From contig NC_043007.1 in NCBI RefSeq assembly GCF_006345805.1, positions 48,670,001 through 48,734,000 on the forward strand: DNA of 64,000 nucleotides, written 5' to 3'. The notes below the pieces were generated by a model that saw nothing but the letters and a program-made list of their open reading frames with translations, ran no database searches and was not told the origin of the DNA. Of the stretch, positions 50,502 through 63,475 are shown one piece after another (positions within the stretch are counted from its first letter, which is position 1; every line of letters starts with the position of its first letter). Source of the stretch: Octopus sinensis. Its lineage: Eukaryota. A program made the position numbers and the translations under genes.

Positions 50502-52092
50502 TGAATGATTTCCTTCGCCTGACAGGTAGATTATTGTAACTCTTGCTTCCTTCATACATATTCTTCTCTTGTTTAGCAATATATCTTTTCAGTGCCACGT
50601 CTTCAGTGTGGAAACAAAAAGGCTGGGTAACAGTGTTCTTTCTCAGTTTCTTCTTCTTTGATAATTCTTTCTGAAATTGTTTGTGCAAGACATCATAATC
50701 AGGAATACATTTATGAATGCTTGGTGTGAAAGAATTCTTTTTCTCATTTAAATTGTCATGTATAACTTCTTCCCTTAGTTTCTGACTTGTTTCCAACCCT
50801 TTCGGCGTTGAAAGTAATTCATCACCAAGTTCTTGAGCTCTCAGCATCTTATTTAATTTTCTCATTCGCTCTAGTTCAGTTGCTGTTTTATCAAAAGAAT
50901 GGGTACATCTAGAAATGGGCTTGTCCTTGAGTTTTTTATGCTTCTTTTTTTCTGATTCCACAAAGGATATACATGAAGATGGTCTCACATTTCTTTCGTT
51001 GTTCTTTCCTGCAAAAGAGAATGGTTGTTGAAGAGATTCTAGATATTCCTTTCGGTTTTTCTGTGATATGCTTCGCTGCCTGTCCTTCTTCTTCGTGATT
51101 TCATCATAAAGAGGCATATACACATGAGCAGGGACAGGAGAAGCTTTGAATAATTTCTTACATTCACATTCTTCTTGTCTCCTATTTTCTTCACATTCTC
51201 TCTCAAAGTCTAATAATGTTTTACTTTTTTTCTTTTTTTTGTTTGCCTCTCGAAGTGTCATGTTGAAAGGTTTTGGTACTGTAATTCCATGGTGCCAGTC
51301 ATTCTTTTCGTTCTGATATTTGTCAATAAATGAACAGCTGCGATGCACTGCAGGTTGCATTTTGGTAAACGGCTCACAATATTCAGGTGAATTTAATTCT
51401 AAATTACTGTCCTCAGTGTCCTCAATATAGTCTGGTAATTCTGAGAATTGATTATTCCATTGTGATTCATCACAACTCAAGGCACGACAAGGAATACATT
51501 CATAACCATCATCTTTTATAGATTGAGTGCTTTTCTTCTTTTTTCTCTTTGCTTTCCTTTTGAAATAATTTCTTTTTTTCACATTTTCCAATATTTGCTG
51601 GTTTCTGTCGATATTTTTGCAGGAATCTTTCTCATGAACTGTACAATTGTTTTCGTATGGCTCATTAGCATTAAAATCTACATTTATTTTATGAACAGGA
51701 TAAATATCTTTGGATCGTTTTCCATTTACATGTTCGGTCATTCTATTAACAGCTGCTCTTTCATTGATACAATTCTTTTCATAAAGATCTTGCCAGAAGT
51801 TCAAGGTCTTTTTATGGCACTCTCGCAGTTCCGCAAGTTTTTGAACAAACTCATAACAAAAATCTTGATTGTTGTTATTACAATGAGGACATTCTGAAAA
51901 TAACTCAGACGTTAATAATGAATTCGTTTGACATATTCTGTTCATTAATCTTCGCTCTTCTTCTATATTCCTCGGTATTTCACTGCTGTATTTGTGTACT
52001 GGGTAAGTGGTAGTTGGGGAGGTTGGTGTTTTCTCTTTCAAACATGAACACCCCGTATCTCGACACCCACGTTTCGTTGCTAAGGACGCCAT
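50502..52092 (-). CDS. FAM161A: FAM161-family (UPF0564 domain) ciliary/microtubule protein, large first coding exon
   Basis: 537-aa ORF with ITVPKPFNMTLRE, FKASPVPAHVYMPLY, IPDYDVLHKQF and TVTQPFCF motifs; A|GTAAGC donor at 50501 just before the in-frame stop (50479); A vs B paralogue cannot be resolved. Confidence 0.82.
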
Positions 52093-52742
52093 AGCTGCTT
52101 ACAGCAGGGTAGAGCAAACACACTTAAATCACACTAACATACCGAGGCAGGTACATACATGTCTAACTATCTAGCTAGCTACACACAATTTCTAGTGGTC
52201 TATTTTATCGAGCTTTTAGCCTTTCGAATTATTTTACTGAGCAAAACTCTAAAGCAAACAGATTTCTCTGATCGAAGTAAAAATACGAAATAACTCCAAC
52301 TCCATACGACTTGTTGAAATCACAATAAAATATTAATTTCTCACAATTTATCTCTAGAGTTTGATCAAAATAATAGCTTATAGACGGCAATCGCAGTTTT
52401 ATAGCGCTGAAGAAAAATTGTAACAGGTCTTGGAGACAGGAGGTTGTGACACTGATGCCTTTCTCATGGCATTAATGACGTAAACTGAACGTTCGAAGTA
52501 TTGACTTTGACTGATGAAACGCCACCGGGAAAAAATTATAAAATAAAATATAATAATAACAACATTAAAAATAGTTATCTATCGTTCTTATTTAAGTATG
52601 GAATAAAATGTAAATATTGCGAACGTTTTAATAGTTACAGCTGTGTATGTATATAATATGTAGGTATACTAATAACTTTCAAACTATATGAAATATAACA
52701 ATATACCCAGCATAGGGTGTATATATATATATATATACACAC

Positions 52743-52840
<98 letters not shown>

Positions 52841-53182
52841 AAATACAATTTGATATGTAACAATGTAATAAAAATAGAATAGAATGTATGAATGTGAGTA
52901 TGTGTGTACACTATCACAAAATGTGGAGTATATTATTTAACTAATGTAATATATAGTATAATGATTAATTTTTAAAGTATAACCAGGTTTTTAAAAATAA
53001 CTATTATAATTACTATAAAAATATTCCATGTTTTTGAAACTGATAATCAATCGTTATGGGGAAGAATGTGAGTTTGTGAAGCGTATTAATATAACAAGGG
53101 AGTTAAATCCATCTTTTTTATTTTTACAGTTATAAGGAGTTAAATCCCTTCATTCACTGCGTGTTTACTGTGGCATCTGGTA
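52093..53182. promoter_or_regulatory. Putative bidirectional promoter region FAM161/COQ6
   Basis: Divergent start codons 1090 bp apart; CpG-richer flanks; TGACGTAA at ~52478; central (TA)n. Confidence 0.5.
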
Positions 53183-53378
53183 ATGTCGGCTTCAAAGTTA
53201 TTAACATATTCTTTCGTGAAAACTCTCCCTGACAGGTCGTCCTGGCTGAGGAAATTACGAAACAGGCATGGTTTCACAACTCGCATGTTTGTTCGGTCGA
53301 TGTGTTCATCTGTGGAGCCGAGACATGTTGTTATATCCGGTGGAGGAATGGTAGGCACAGCGATGGCTTGTAGTTTAG
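53183..53378 (+). CDS. COQ6: COQ6 exon 1 (mitochondrial presequence plus FAD-binding GGGMVG)
   Basis: VVISGGGMVGTAMACSLG; donor G|GTAAAT, phase 1. Confidence 0.92.
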
Positions 53379-54261
53379 GTAAATTTACTAATCTCCCGCA
53401 CCATGATGTTTATTAACGTTATCTATTATGAGTATGTTTGTTGAACGGTCAGTAAAGGTGGAAAGGATGACACGACTGAGTGGGCACGCGTTGAGCTTAC
53501 ACCTGGTGGTTGGATACAAAAGAAGCGCCTCCCTGTTATGTCCTTGACAGTCAGGGTGACCCAGGATCGTAGGGTTCCTTGTTTACCTCTGAAAATTTTG
53601 TTATCAAATCTCTTGTTAATTGTGCCCCCTCCACATCCACACACTTTATTTCCTCATAATTTTCAGAAAAATGGATATTCTTTAGATTAAATTCTTTACA
53701 GATACGCTTCAAATGGTGAAGATTCCATTGATATCGGAATTTGTTGCGAAAAACTTTTGCCAGGGGTGATAGTGGAGTTTCGGAAAATTCATACGAGTCG
53801 GTTTTGTTTCTTCATAACTTTCAGAAAAATGGGTATTTTTTTTTTTTAACGAAATTTTCAGTAAATATCTTTCGGAGTATATGGATTCAGATTATACCAG
53901 AATTAATGTGGAAAAAAAAAAAAGAGGGAAAAAATGGTGTGCACACATACTGACACGCATCACAACTTTCTTTTTTTTTTAGAAATTATAAGTTTCATTT
54001 TGTAGATGTGTCATGAGTGTCAGTATGTATGTGTGCACGACCAACAGCTATTTTCTTCACATTGAAATCTAATATAATCATAATCTGTACACTCTGAAAG
54101 ATAGTTGTAGAAAATTTCATATAAATATACTTATTTTTCTGAAAGTTAGGAGGAAACAAAGCTGACACATAAATTTTCTGAAATTTCTCTTCTAAGCTTC
54201 AGGGAAAAAAATTCACAACAAACTCTGGTATACTTGGAATCTACACCATTTGTAGAAATAT

Positions 54262-54710
54262 TAATAATAATAATAATAATAATAAAACATTGTGTACAGT
54301 GCTCAGGTGCACTACAACTCAGCTAAAGTGTATGTATAATCAGGTGTAGTTTCGACGGATTTCGGAAAGCATGAGGGCTTTAAAGGATGCAGTGTCATGG
54401 CAGTCAACAACTGATGCAGGCAGTTTGTTCCATGCTTCAGCAACTCTGAGCGTGAAAAAATGTTTCTGAAAGTCATGGGAGCTGTGTTGTTTTCTGATTT
54501 TGTAGGCATGTCCACGTGTATTGGACACATGGAGATCAAAAAGGTGTTCAGTGTTGTTGTTGGTGAGGTGGTTGATAACTTTGTGTGTGTTTACCAAGTC
54601 CATCGCCAGACGCCGGAGCTTCAGTGAATTCATGGAAGAATATACATTTTTCTTAAGGTATAAGGAAACAAAGTGGCAGATCATGTCTGTTGCTGTCAAC
54701 AGTTTTTGAA
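54262..54710 (-). mobile_element. CR1-type LINE 3' end
   Basis: TRGHAYKIRKQH..FFTLRVAEAWNKLP; (ATT)n tail. Confidence 0.85.
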
Positions 54711-55745
54711 ATTTTAAAATAAAATGAAAATTTTCAAGTTTGTTATATTGATGAATTTTTCACACCGATCTGATTTTGTTCTTCACTTGTTCGAGAAAAT
54801 TTTTAGAAAAATATTACATAGGTTTAAAGTTTTATCAATTTTTTTACTTAATCAGAAAACAAGATGTGGATGCTGGCATGTCCTACGTGATGTTGTCTAA
54901 CACAACATGAAAGCAAAAACATTACGATGAATTTTTATTAAATAAATTGAAAGCAAAACATGACAAAAGTTGCAGGAAGTTTTGAAGTTCTATAGGTTTT
55001 TAATGAGTAAATTCATGTCAAATGGTCAAGCAGGCATGTTAATTTAAAAAGGGAAAAATCCTCGAGATTTTTTTGCGAAATATTACAAAGCAAACAAACT
55101 GTGTGTTAGGGTTTAGGGTTAAAATTTGGAGTTAGGGGTTAGAGATAAGGTTTAGGGTTAGTATAAATTTAAAAAGGAAAAATCTTCAATGAAATCTTTT
55201 TGCAAAAGTTTACAAATTTTTTTTAAAAAATCAGCAGTACATTGTATTGTAGTAATAGTTCAGTTCATGTAAACAATTATTACAGTTTTTGTGGCAAAAA
55301 TTCAAAAATGGAAGATCAGAAAATAGACACTCATCAAAGAAAATACACATGGTGGTAGTTTTAAGCAGACTACAACTTGACTTGTTACTATGAAAAGAGG
55401 TGGCTTTCAATTGGTTAAAATTACCCAAAATTTACAAACTTTAAAATGCTATTAACTTTTTTATTTATTAATTTATGGCAAAAGGGAATTTCATTTTCAT
55501 AATTCGCTTACAAAGCTACATCAGTTCACCAAATTTCAAAACAATGAGAATAAGATTAAAAAAATAGAAAATTCACTGCAATAGAAAAGATCCTTAATTG
55601 TTATTGTTTTATTATTTATGTGTGCATATGTAACTTGATTCACAGACACAGCTGAACATTGTTCTGCATGGAACAGCCACGTAAAAGTGGCAACAAATGC
55701 CTGTCTGTATATATATATATGTATGTATGTATATATACAGAAGAA

Positions 55746-56087
55746 TGAATGAAGTGTTAGTTAAGTACAGAGCAGTAATAAGACAATGAGATGACAAAGG
55801 AATAAACGATTATTGTATGAACTTCAATAGCTTGCAGCTATTTCTGCTATAAGATGCAGTGGACTTATTATTGAATGCATTAGAAACACCTTATAGCTTC
55901 ATCAGAATCTTGAATATGAACAAGGCTCTGTTGAAGCTATAAGGTGTTACTCAAGCACTCAACAATAAGTCCACTGTATCTTATAGCAGAAACAGCTGCA
56001 AGCTATTGAAGTTCATACGATAATCATTTATTCCTTTGTCATCTCATTGTCTTATTACTGCTTTGTACTCAACTAACGCTTCATTCT
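55746..56087. mobile_element. Fold-back (arms ~167 bp, 8-nt loop) with two outward-facing decayed hammerheads in COQ6 intron 1
   Basis: Plus: GCT-CTGTTGA-A-GCTATAAG...CTTATAGC-A-GAAAC-AGCT-GCA-AGC (55925-56003); minus copy has an intact CTGATGA. Confidence 0.7.
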
Positions 56088-56184
56088 GAAGCATATGTAT
56101 ATTGAGTTCTACATCAGGTTATTAGTCCCACAATGCCCAAGTGAAATATATATATATATTACATTTTTTGTTATATTTCCACAG

Positions 56185-56316
56185 GTTTTAATCCCATGTT
56201 TGAAGGAAAATCCATAACATTACTGGAAGCTGCTCCGAAAAAAAAATTTGAACTTTCTGAGATGTATAAAAATCGTGTCAGCACTGTCAATTTAAGTACA
56301 GTATCACTGTTCAACA
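56185..56316 (+). CDS. COQ6: COQ6 exon 2
   Basis: cag|GT..ITLLEAAPKK..YKNRVSTVN..A|GTAAGT; phases 1/1. Confidence 0.92.
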
Positions 56317-57084
56317 GTAAGTTTATGCTACAATATTCTATCTACTTTCAAGCTCTGCACAGTATCTCTCTTTTGTAGTGAATATTAATTGCATATATAA
56401 TTTATAATTCCATGTATTTCATTTTTGTATATTTCTTATTCAGACTAATGTATAAATATTTGCAGCCAGGTAGATTACTTACGATAAATTATTCAGTTTG
56501 ATAATTAGTCAATCATAATAGTTAGGAATAAAATATAATTCAATCTCTTATTATAAAAGGCAGATTTTATCTGCCGCCCTTTGTCTCTTATAGAAATCTA
56601 CAATATAGGGTTTCTTCAATTACAATTTACCTAGCATTTTTAAGAGTAAAATGCATCGGGTCGTGCCAGGTCCGGTTTTTAAAATTTCAACCCCAATTAA
56701 GCAAAATTTAGAGAAAACTCACATTGTGGTGTGTAAGTCAAGTGCTTTTCTTAGTGTGGGCTACAGCACACGCACACACACAAAAACAGAGCGATCTGCT
56801 TCACTCACGCTATCACCCTAATTTCTCCCACTTTCTCTTTGCAAGTGTACCTTAAACCACTACTAAAAAAAAAAAAAACACAGCAAATAGAAACAAATAA
56901 ATACATAACGATTTACTCCTCACACAATTTCTTCAATTAGAGTTTACCTATGATTTTTCAAAGTACTTCCATTCGGTCATGCCATACAAAATAGAGCCCT
57001 TGCCGACACAAGTCTGAAAACTAAGTTTTTCACTGAATTTACTTACTGTACCATTCTTGTTTTAGTACTGATCTATATGGCCGA

Positions 57085-57450
57085 TGTGGAGGTGCAATGG
57101 CCCAGTGGTTAGGGCATTGGACTCGCAGTCAAAGGATTGTGGTTTCAATTCTCAGACCAGGTGTTGTGTTTATTGAGCAAAAACACCTGAAGCTTCACGA
57201 GGCTCCAGCAGGGTGTGGTGGCAAACCACCCCCTGTACTCTTTCATCACAACTTTCTCTCACTCTTTCTTCATATTTCTGTTGTACCTGTATTTCAAAGG
57301 TCAGCCTTGTCACACTCTGTGTCGCGCTGAATCTCCCTGAGTACACATGTCTCTGGAGTGCTCGCATGTTAATTTCATGTGCAGGCCATTCCATTGATCG
57401 GATCAACTGGAACCCTCGTTGTCGCAACGAAGAGAGTGCCACAATATGGC
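57085..57450 (+). mobile_element. Second tRNA-derived SINE family
   Basis: A box TGGCCCAGTGG and B box GGTTTCAATTCT. Confidence 0.65.
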
Positions 57451-58090
57451 CCAAACTATTCTCAAGATTCTGAAATACAGACCTATAATTTTTTTATTTT
57501 CTGTATATATATATATATTATATATATATATATAATTTCAATGGCGGTAATACTAGCGGAAAACTAGAGGAACATAACCTATTATCCAATAGAATATTCA
57601 ATATATATGTGTACTTTCATTGGACCTTAATAAATCAATATAAAGTTCCAGATAATACACTATTAAAACATACAAGTATATAAACATATAAATATTTAAT
57701 ATTTAAAAATGCGCAAATATTTAAAAATATTTATACTTCAAAATAGGTTGGCATTATCAATATATAAATACATAAATAGATATAAAAATAGATATAAAAT
57801 GTCAATATGATATAATATAAAAACTCGTAGGTATTTAAAAATGTTCAAAAATTCTCATATATATAAGTACAAAATATAAAACATCAACATAATATAAGAC
57901 TTATTGAATTAATAATTCACACGATAATTTATTAACTCACACAGTAAGATGCAAGGTAATAAAGCTTCACAAGTTAGAACACGGAGTCCAGTGGAAAATT
58001 TGAAATTATACAACATTAACAAGACATACTAATACATGAAGATAATGTTCCATCTTCCATATATATATTTATTTATTTATTCAATTTCAG

Positions 58091-58149
58091 GTTTTGGTGC
58101 TTGGGATAAAGTCCTTCAGATGCGCTGTCAGCCTGTAAAAAGAATGCAA
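58091..58149 (+). CDS. COQ6: COQ6 exon 3
   Basis: ttcag|GT..FGAWDKVLQMRCQPVKRMQ|GTAAGC. Confidence 0.92.
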
Positions 58150-59109
58150 GTAAGCTTATTTACATTTCTTTTGGGTAACAAATTTAAATTCAGGAATTGA
58201 AAGGAAATGATGATAACAACATTAATAATAGTGATAATAAATAAAGGTCAGCTGTTTTGCTGATGTGAATATCTCTTTGAAAATCAAGGAGGAAGAGGAT
58301 AACTATAGACAACTGCTTCAACACCTCTAGCTCCAATATCCAGTTTATAAATTCACATTTATACCAAATAATGGGACGGCTGGTTTTGTGAGGAAATGCC
58401 TAAGTAACAATGTAGGTAAGCTAGAGTTTTCAGAAAAAGAAATCAACCAACTAACTCGCACATTACAAATACAATCTATAAGTGGAACAGTAAAAATGTG
58501 ACATTGTTTTTGTTACCTACATTCCCATGGCGAGGCATTTTATCTTTGTTAGAAACCAGCTCCTACTGCTGAGGAAAAAAATTAAACAAGTAAAAACTGA
58601 AAAGAATGCACATTGAGCATTTTGTTTTGAATGCTAATGATTTTGTTGGTGCTGGTGTCACATAAAAAGCACCTAGTACACTCTTGTAAAATGGTTGGTG
58701 TTAGGAAGGGTATCTATCCATAGAAACCAAGCCAACTATGGAACCCAATGTGGCCCCTGGCCTTGCCAGTTCTTGCCAAGCCATCCAACGCATGCCAACA
58801 TGTAAAATAGATGTTTGATGATGATGATGATATGTATTAAATATACATATATTTTATGTGTATGTGTATTATTTACATATAAATATATATATATCATCAT
58901 CATCATCATCATCATCATTTAACGTCCGCTTTCCATGCTAGCATGGGTTGGACGGGTCAACTGGGGTCTGTGAAGCTGGAAGGCTTCGTCAGGCTCAGTC
59001 AGATCTGGCAGTGTTTCTACGGCTGGATGCCCTTCCTAACGCCAACCACTCCGCGAGTGTAGTGGGTGTTTTTTACGTGCCACCTGCACAGGTGCCAGAT
59101 AAATAGGCG

Positions 59110-59495
59110 TAGGAGTGGCTGTGTGGTAAGTAGCTTGCTTACAAACCACACAGTTCCAGGTTCAGTCCCACTGCGTCACACCTTGGGCAAGTGTCTTCTA
59201 CTATAGCCTCGGGCTGACCAAAGCCTTGTGAGTGTATTTGGTAGATGGAAACTGAAAGAAGCCTGTTGTATATAGATATGTATGTGTGTGTGTGTATATG
59301 TTTGTGTGTCTTTGTTTGTCCCCCCAACATCGCTTGACAACCGATGCTGGTGTGTTTACGTCCCCGTAACTTAGCGGTTCAGCAAAGGAGACCAATAGAA
59401 TAAGTACCTGGCTTACAAAGAATAAGTCCTGGGGTCGATTTGCTCGACTAAAGGCAGTGCTCTAGCATGGCTACAGTCAAATGACTGAAACAAGT
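59110..59495 (+). mobile_element. Well-preserved tRNA-derived SINE
   Basis: Head TGGCTGTGTGGTAAG..GGTTCAGTCCC; tail CTGAAACAAGTAAAAGA. Confidence 0.8.
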
Positions 59496-59524
59496 AAAAG
59501 AGAATATATATATATATATATTTA

Positions 59525-59575
<51 letters not shown>

Positions 59576-59576
59576 A

Positions 59577-60450
59577 TACATGATTTGGTCACTAAGCATC
59601 TGGACTTGCTATAGTAACAAAGCTAAAACATGCAGAGTGAAGCTGCCTGGCAGAGATTGACCTTGAACTCTACTGTACATGTGCACTAAGTTTTAACATT
59701 CTAGCTCACTTCAGCAGTGTTTGGAAGGAATGTGTGTAGTGTGTGATCATTGCATTTACCATGACAAAGGAGGTTGATCAGAGAATCCGCATCAAATTTT
59801 GCCAAAAGCTTAGTGATACCTGCTCAGAAGCCTACACAAAGTTTTCAAAAACTTTTCATCATTCTTGACACAATCAAGGAGATCTTGCGCAACTGAAACT
59901 CGAATGTCATTTTGGTAAGTTGAAGCAGTTTTGGCACAAACTTGACAGACATGCGTCTCATACCCAAATCTTCTGTGGTAATGGACAGAACAGAACTGTA
60001 ACTAATTTGCACATCTTTTGATAACTCACAGATGGTAATTCTACAACTTCCCCTCGTAGCTGCATGCACATCTGCAAGGTTTTTATCAGTTCTGCTGGTT
60101 GCGGATCTCCCAGAACGTTTGTCAAGTTCGACCTTTTCCGGCCATCTTTAAAACGTCTGAACTACTCGTACACTCGTGTACAGCTCATACACTCCTCTCC
60201 ATACACTTTCTGCAACTTTGCGTAGGCCCCTGAGAAGGTATTACCATCTCAACTTTCGCTGTTATGGTCAATGCGTCAATCACAAGCTACACACGTTTCT
60301 TCCAAGCACTGCTTTAAACAGCAGAAGTGAGCTAGAATGTTAAAACTTTGTGCACATGCACAGCAGAGTGCAAGGTCAATTTGTGCCAAGCGGCTTTACT
60401 CTGCATACTTCAGCTTCATTACTATGGCAACTTATTGATCAGACCTCGTA
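59577..60450. mobile_element. Mariner derivative built from two inverted 5' (left) ends
   Basis: Plus: MTKEVDQRIRIKFCQKL; minus: ITTEDLGMRRMSVKFVPKLL; homologous 5' UTRs face each other. Confidence 0.7.
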
Positions 60451-60480
60451 TGTATATTTATATTTAGTGTGTGTATGCGT

Positions 60481-61680
60481 ACATCATCATCATCACGTAA
60501 TGTCCGCTTTCCATGCTGGCATGGGTTCAATGGTTTGACTGAGGCTGCACCAGGCTCCAATCTAATCTGGCAAGGTTTCTACAGCTGGATGTCCTTCCTA
60601 ATGCCAACCACTCCAAGAGCGTAGTGGGTGCTTTTTACGTGCCATCAGCACAGTGGCCAGTCGGACAGCACTGGCATTGACCACACTCAAATGGTGCTGT
60701 TTACATGCCACCAACATGAGAGCCAGTCAGGCAGCACTGGCATCAACCACGCTTGAATGGTGCTATTTATGTGCCACCGGCCACACTCAAATGATGCTTT
60801 TTTACGTGCCACCAGCACAGGTGCCTGTCAAGCAGCATTGGCATTGACCACAACTATAATTTCACTTGACTCAACAGGTCTTCTTAAGCATAGCATATTG
60901 CCCAACGATTGAAGGGTACTTTTAAACAGGCCAGTTATGTATCTCTGGCATCAGCCATGGCTATGATCTCACTTGGCTTGCTGGGTCTTCTCAAGGACAG
61001 CAAATCTCCAGAGGTCTCAGCCACATGTCATTGCCTCCGTGAGGCCCGATGTTCACCAGCTCATCTCATGCCTTCTTGGGTCTACCTCTTTCATAGGTTC
61101 CTTCCACTGTTAGGATGTGACACTTCTTCACACAGCTGTCCTCATCCATACGCAACACATGACCATAACAGTACAGTCATCTCTCTTGCACACCACATCT
61201 GATGCTTCTTATATCCAACTTTTCTCTCAGGATGCTTACACTCATATATGCACACTGATATTACACATCCATCAGAGCCTACTAGCCTCATTTCTTACAA
61301 GCCTACACATATCCTCAGCAGTTACAGCCCATGGTTCACTGCCATGTAACATGGCTGTTCTGAGCGAGAGGTTCTTTATTACCAGCAGAGGTAAGAGCTC
61401 TCTGAACTTTGCCCAGGCTATTCTTATTCTAACAGCTATGCTCTCAGAGCATCCACCCCTGCTGCTGACTTGGGCACCTAGGTAACAGAGGCTATCTACT
61501 ACTACTAGTTTTTCCCCCTTGCATGTGATGGAATTTGTTTTCTGTGCATCTTTGGTGTTTATTGCCCTTGTACATCTGCCACACAAAAACTATCTTCCCA
61601 GTTAACCTTTCTTTGATATTGCTGCACCTCTTATGCATCCATAGCTTACACCTGGTACATCTCCTCATATAAACAAAAAA
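60481..61680 (-). mobile_element. RTE LINE fragment, same family as 8189-10200
   Basis: RIRIAWAKFRELLPLL, MLHGSEPWAVTAED; (CAT)n tail side at ~60481. Confidence 0.85.
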
Positions 61681-62494
61681 ACAATGTCTGGAAGATGTAC
61701 AGTGTAAGGGTGCCATAGATTCAAGTCTGATGAAGTGCCACTCTAATGTCTAAAACTGCAAACATTACATAAATTTCCTCTTTGAATTTTTGCAGAAGCT
61801 GGCATTGCTAGCAGATTTGGTACAGAAAAAAATGTAATGAATCATTAAAGATGTGTTAAGGAATTTCTTTGTTTTATTATTTGGATTGTGTTTGTGTGTA
61901 GATATATGTATATATACACATACATAGATATAACAGGGTGTTCAGGCTAAATTTGACAACTGCATAAAAGGAAAAGCAAACTCAATAACCCATCCAAAAA
62001 TATAAGTATTTTAAAACATAAAAAAATATCCACTAGATTACAGCATGGAAATAGCACTTTACTCAAAGAAGGTGTCTTCAGCTTCCACCATGGCCTTAAG
62101 ACAGCCCTGGAACATACACACACATGTATATATTTGTGTATGCGTGTATTTATGAGCTATGTCAGTAGTAAGAAACCAGAAAGAACTATACAAAGATTGG
62201 ATAGCAATGTATGTTATGTAGAGAATGCAGCATACTAAAATTGTTTTTGTTTATAATTCCATTTTTGTTACCTTCATTATCATCACTCTCCCCATTATCA
62301 TAATTTTCATTAAAATCATTTTCATTACCATCATCATCATCATTGTCATAGGCACTCTCATTGTGTCTGTCATCATCATTGCCACTTATACCATCTCCAC
62401 TGTTGTCACCATCTTCAGCTCAGTAACTAAAACACTACTTTGAGAACAGAAAAATAATGAGATGTAAGATGAATCAACAATAGGAGCAGGCATA

Positions 62495-62860
62495 GATGTG
62501 TGGTTGAGAAGATTGCTGTGTAATTACATAGCTTTGGATTCAATCCTGCTTATACAGCACTTAGCACAAATGTCTTTGTCTGTAATCTTAGGTTGAACAA
62601 AATCTTGTGAGTGAAATTTGGTGGACAGAAACTGTGCGGCGAGCTGGCAGAAACATTAGCATGCCGGGCGAAATGCTTAGTGATATTTCGTCTGCCACTA
62701 CATTCTGAGTTCAAATTCCGCTGAGGTCGACTTTGCCTTTCATCCTTTCGGGGTCGATTAGATAAGTACCAGTTACGCACTGGGGGTTGATGTAATCGAC
62801 TTAATCCCTTTGTCTGTCCTTGTTTGTCACCTTTATGTTTAGCTCCTTGTGGGCAATAAA
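62495..62860. mobile_element. Composite SINE fragments
   Basis: SINE head at ~62500, plus TTCTGAGTTCAAATTCCGCTGAGGTCGACTTTGCC motif shared with ~14250, ~33720 and ~47490. Confidence 0.55.
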
Positions 62861-63217
62861 GAAATAAGAAACTGTGTGGAAACTCATCAGAAAGATTGTT
62901 CCTGGTTTTGGATTGTAGAATTAATTCTTTGCCTACTTTAATACCACCATTGACTCTTAGGTGACCATCTTTAGCAGAGTCTAAAGTCTACTCTGTCACA
63001 ATGATTTAGACCAGGTTTCCAGTCAGAGAATAACTTCCTCCTTGCCCACCTACCAGTCTCGAAGACTCTGGAAAAGATCATTGGTATTGCTCTTCCTCCT
63101 CTAATTTAACAATTAAAAATAACTAAGAATATCCTAAATCATAATACTGTCAGCCATTGTTGACATTATTAATTAAAAACATTATTAATGACAGCAAACA
63201 TTTTTATTCTCTTCCAG

Positions 63218-63475
63218 ATCTGGGAATCTTGTTCTGACTCCTTCTTGACCTTTAACCAGCCTGACCTCTCTGATGAACTTGCTTTTGTTGTTGAGAATGA
63301 TGTCCTTCTAGAAGCTCTGCGGACAAAACTGGAAGAGGTGAGCGAGAGAGTCGAAGTATTGTATGAAACCAAAGCTACCAAAATAGAGCTCCCTGAACCA
63401 TCAACTGATTCAGCATCAAAATCATTAGTCAGTATCACTTTGAACAATGGAAAAGTTCTGCATACAAACCTTTTG
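63218..63475 (+). CDS. COQ6: COQ6 exon 4
   Basis: ccag|IWESCSD..LAFVVENDVLLEAL..HTNLL|GTAAGT; 258 bp, phases 0/0. Confidence 0.93.

Noticed and set aside
52077-52092. GTTGCTAAGGACG as an RFX X-box for the ciliary gene
   Set aside because: Only a half-site matches, and it overlaps the first codons.
55106-55161. TTAGGG-like repeats as an interstitial telomere
   Set aside because: Only a few imperfect units embedded in a dispersed repeat.
57085-57165. tRNA gene
   Set aside because: A/B boxes are present, but the sequence continues into a SINE body and I see no clean cloverleaf.
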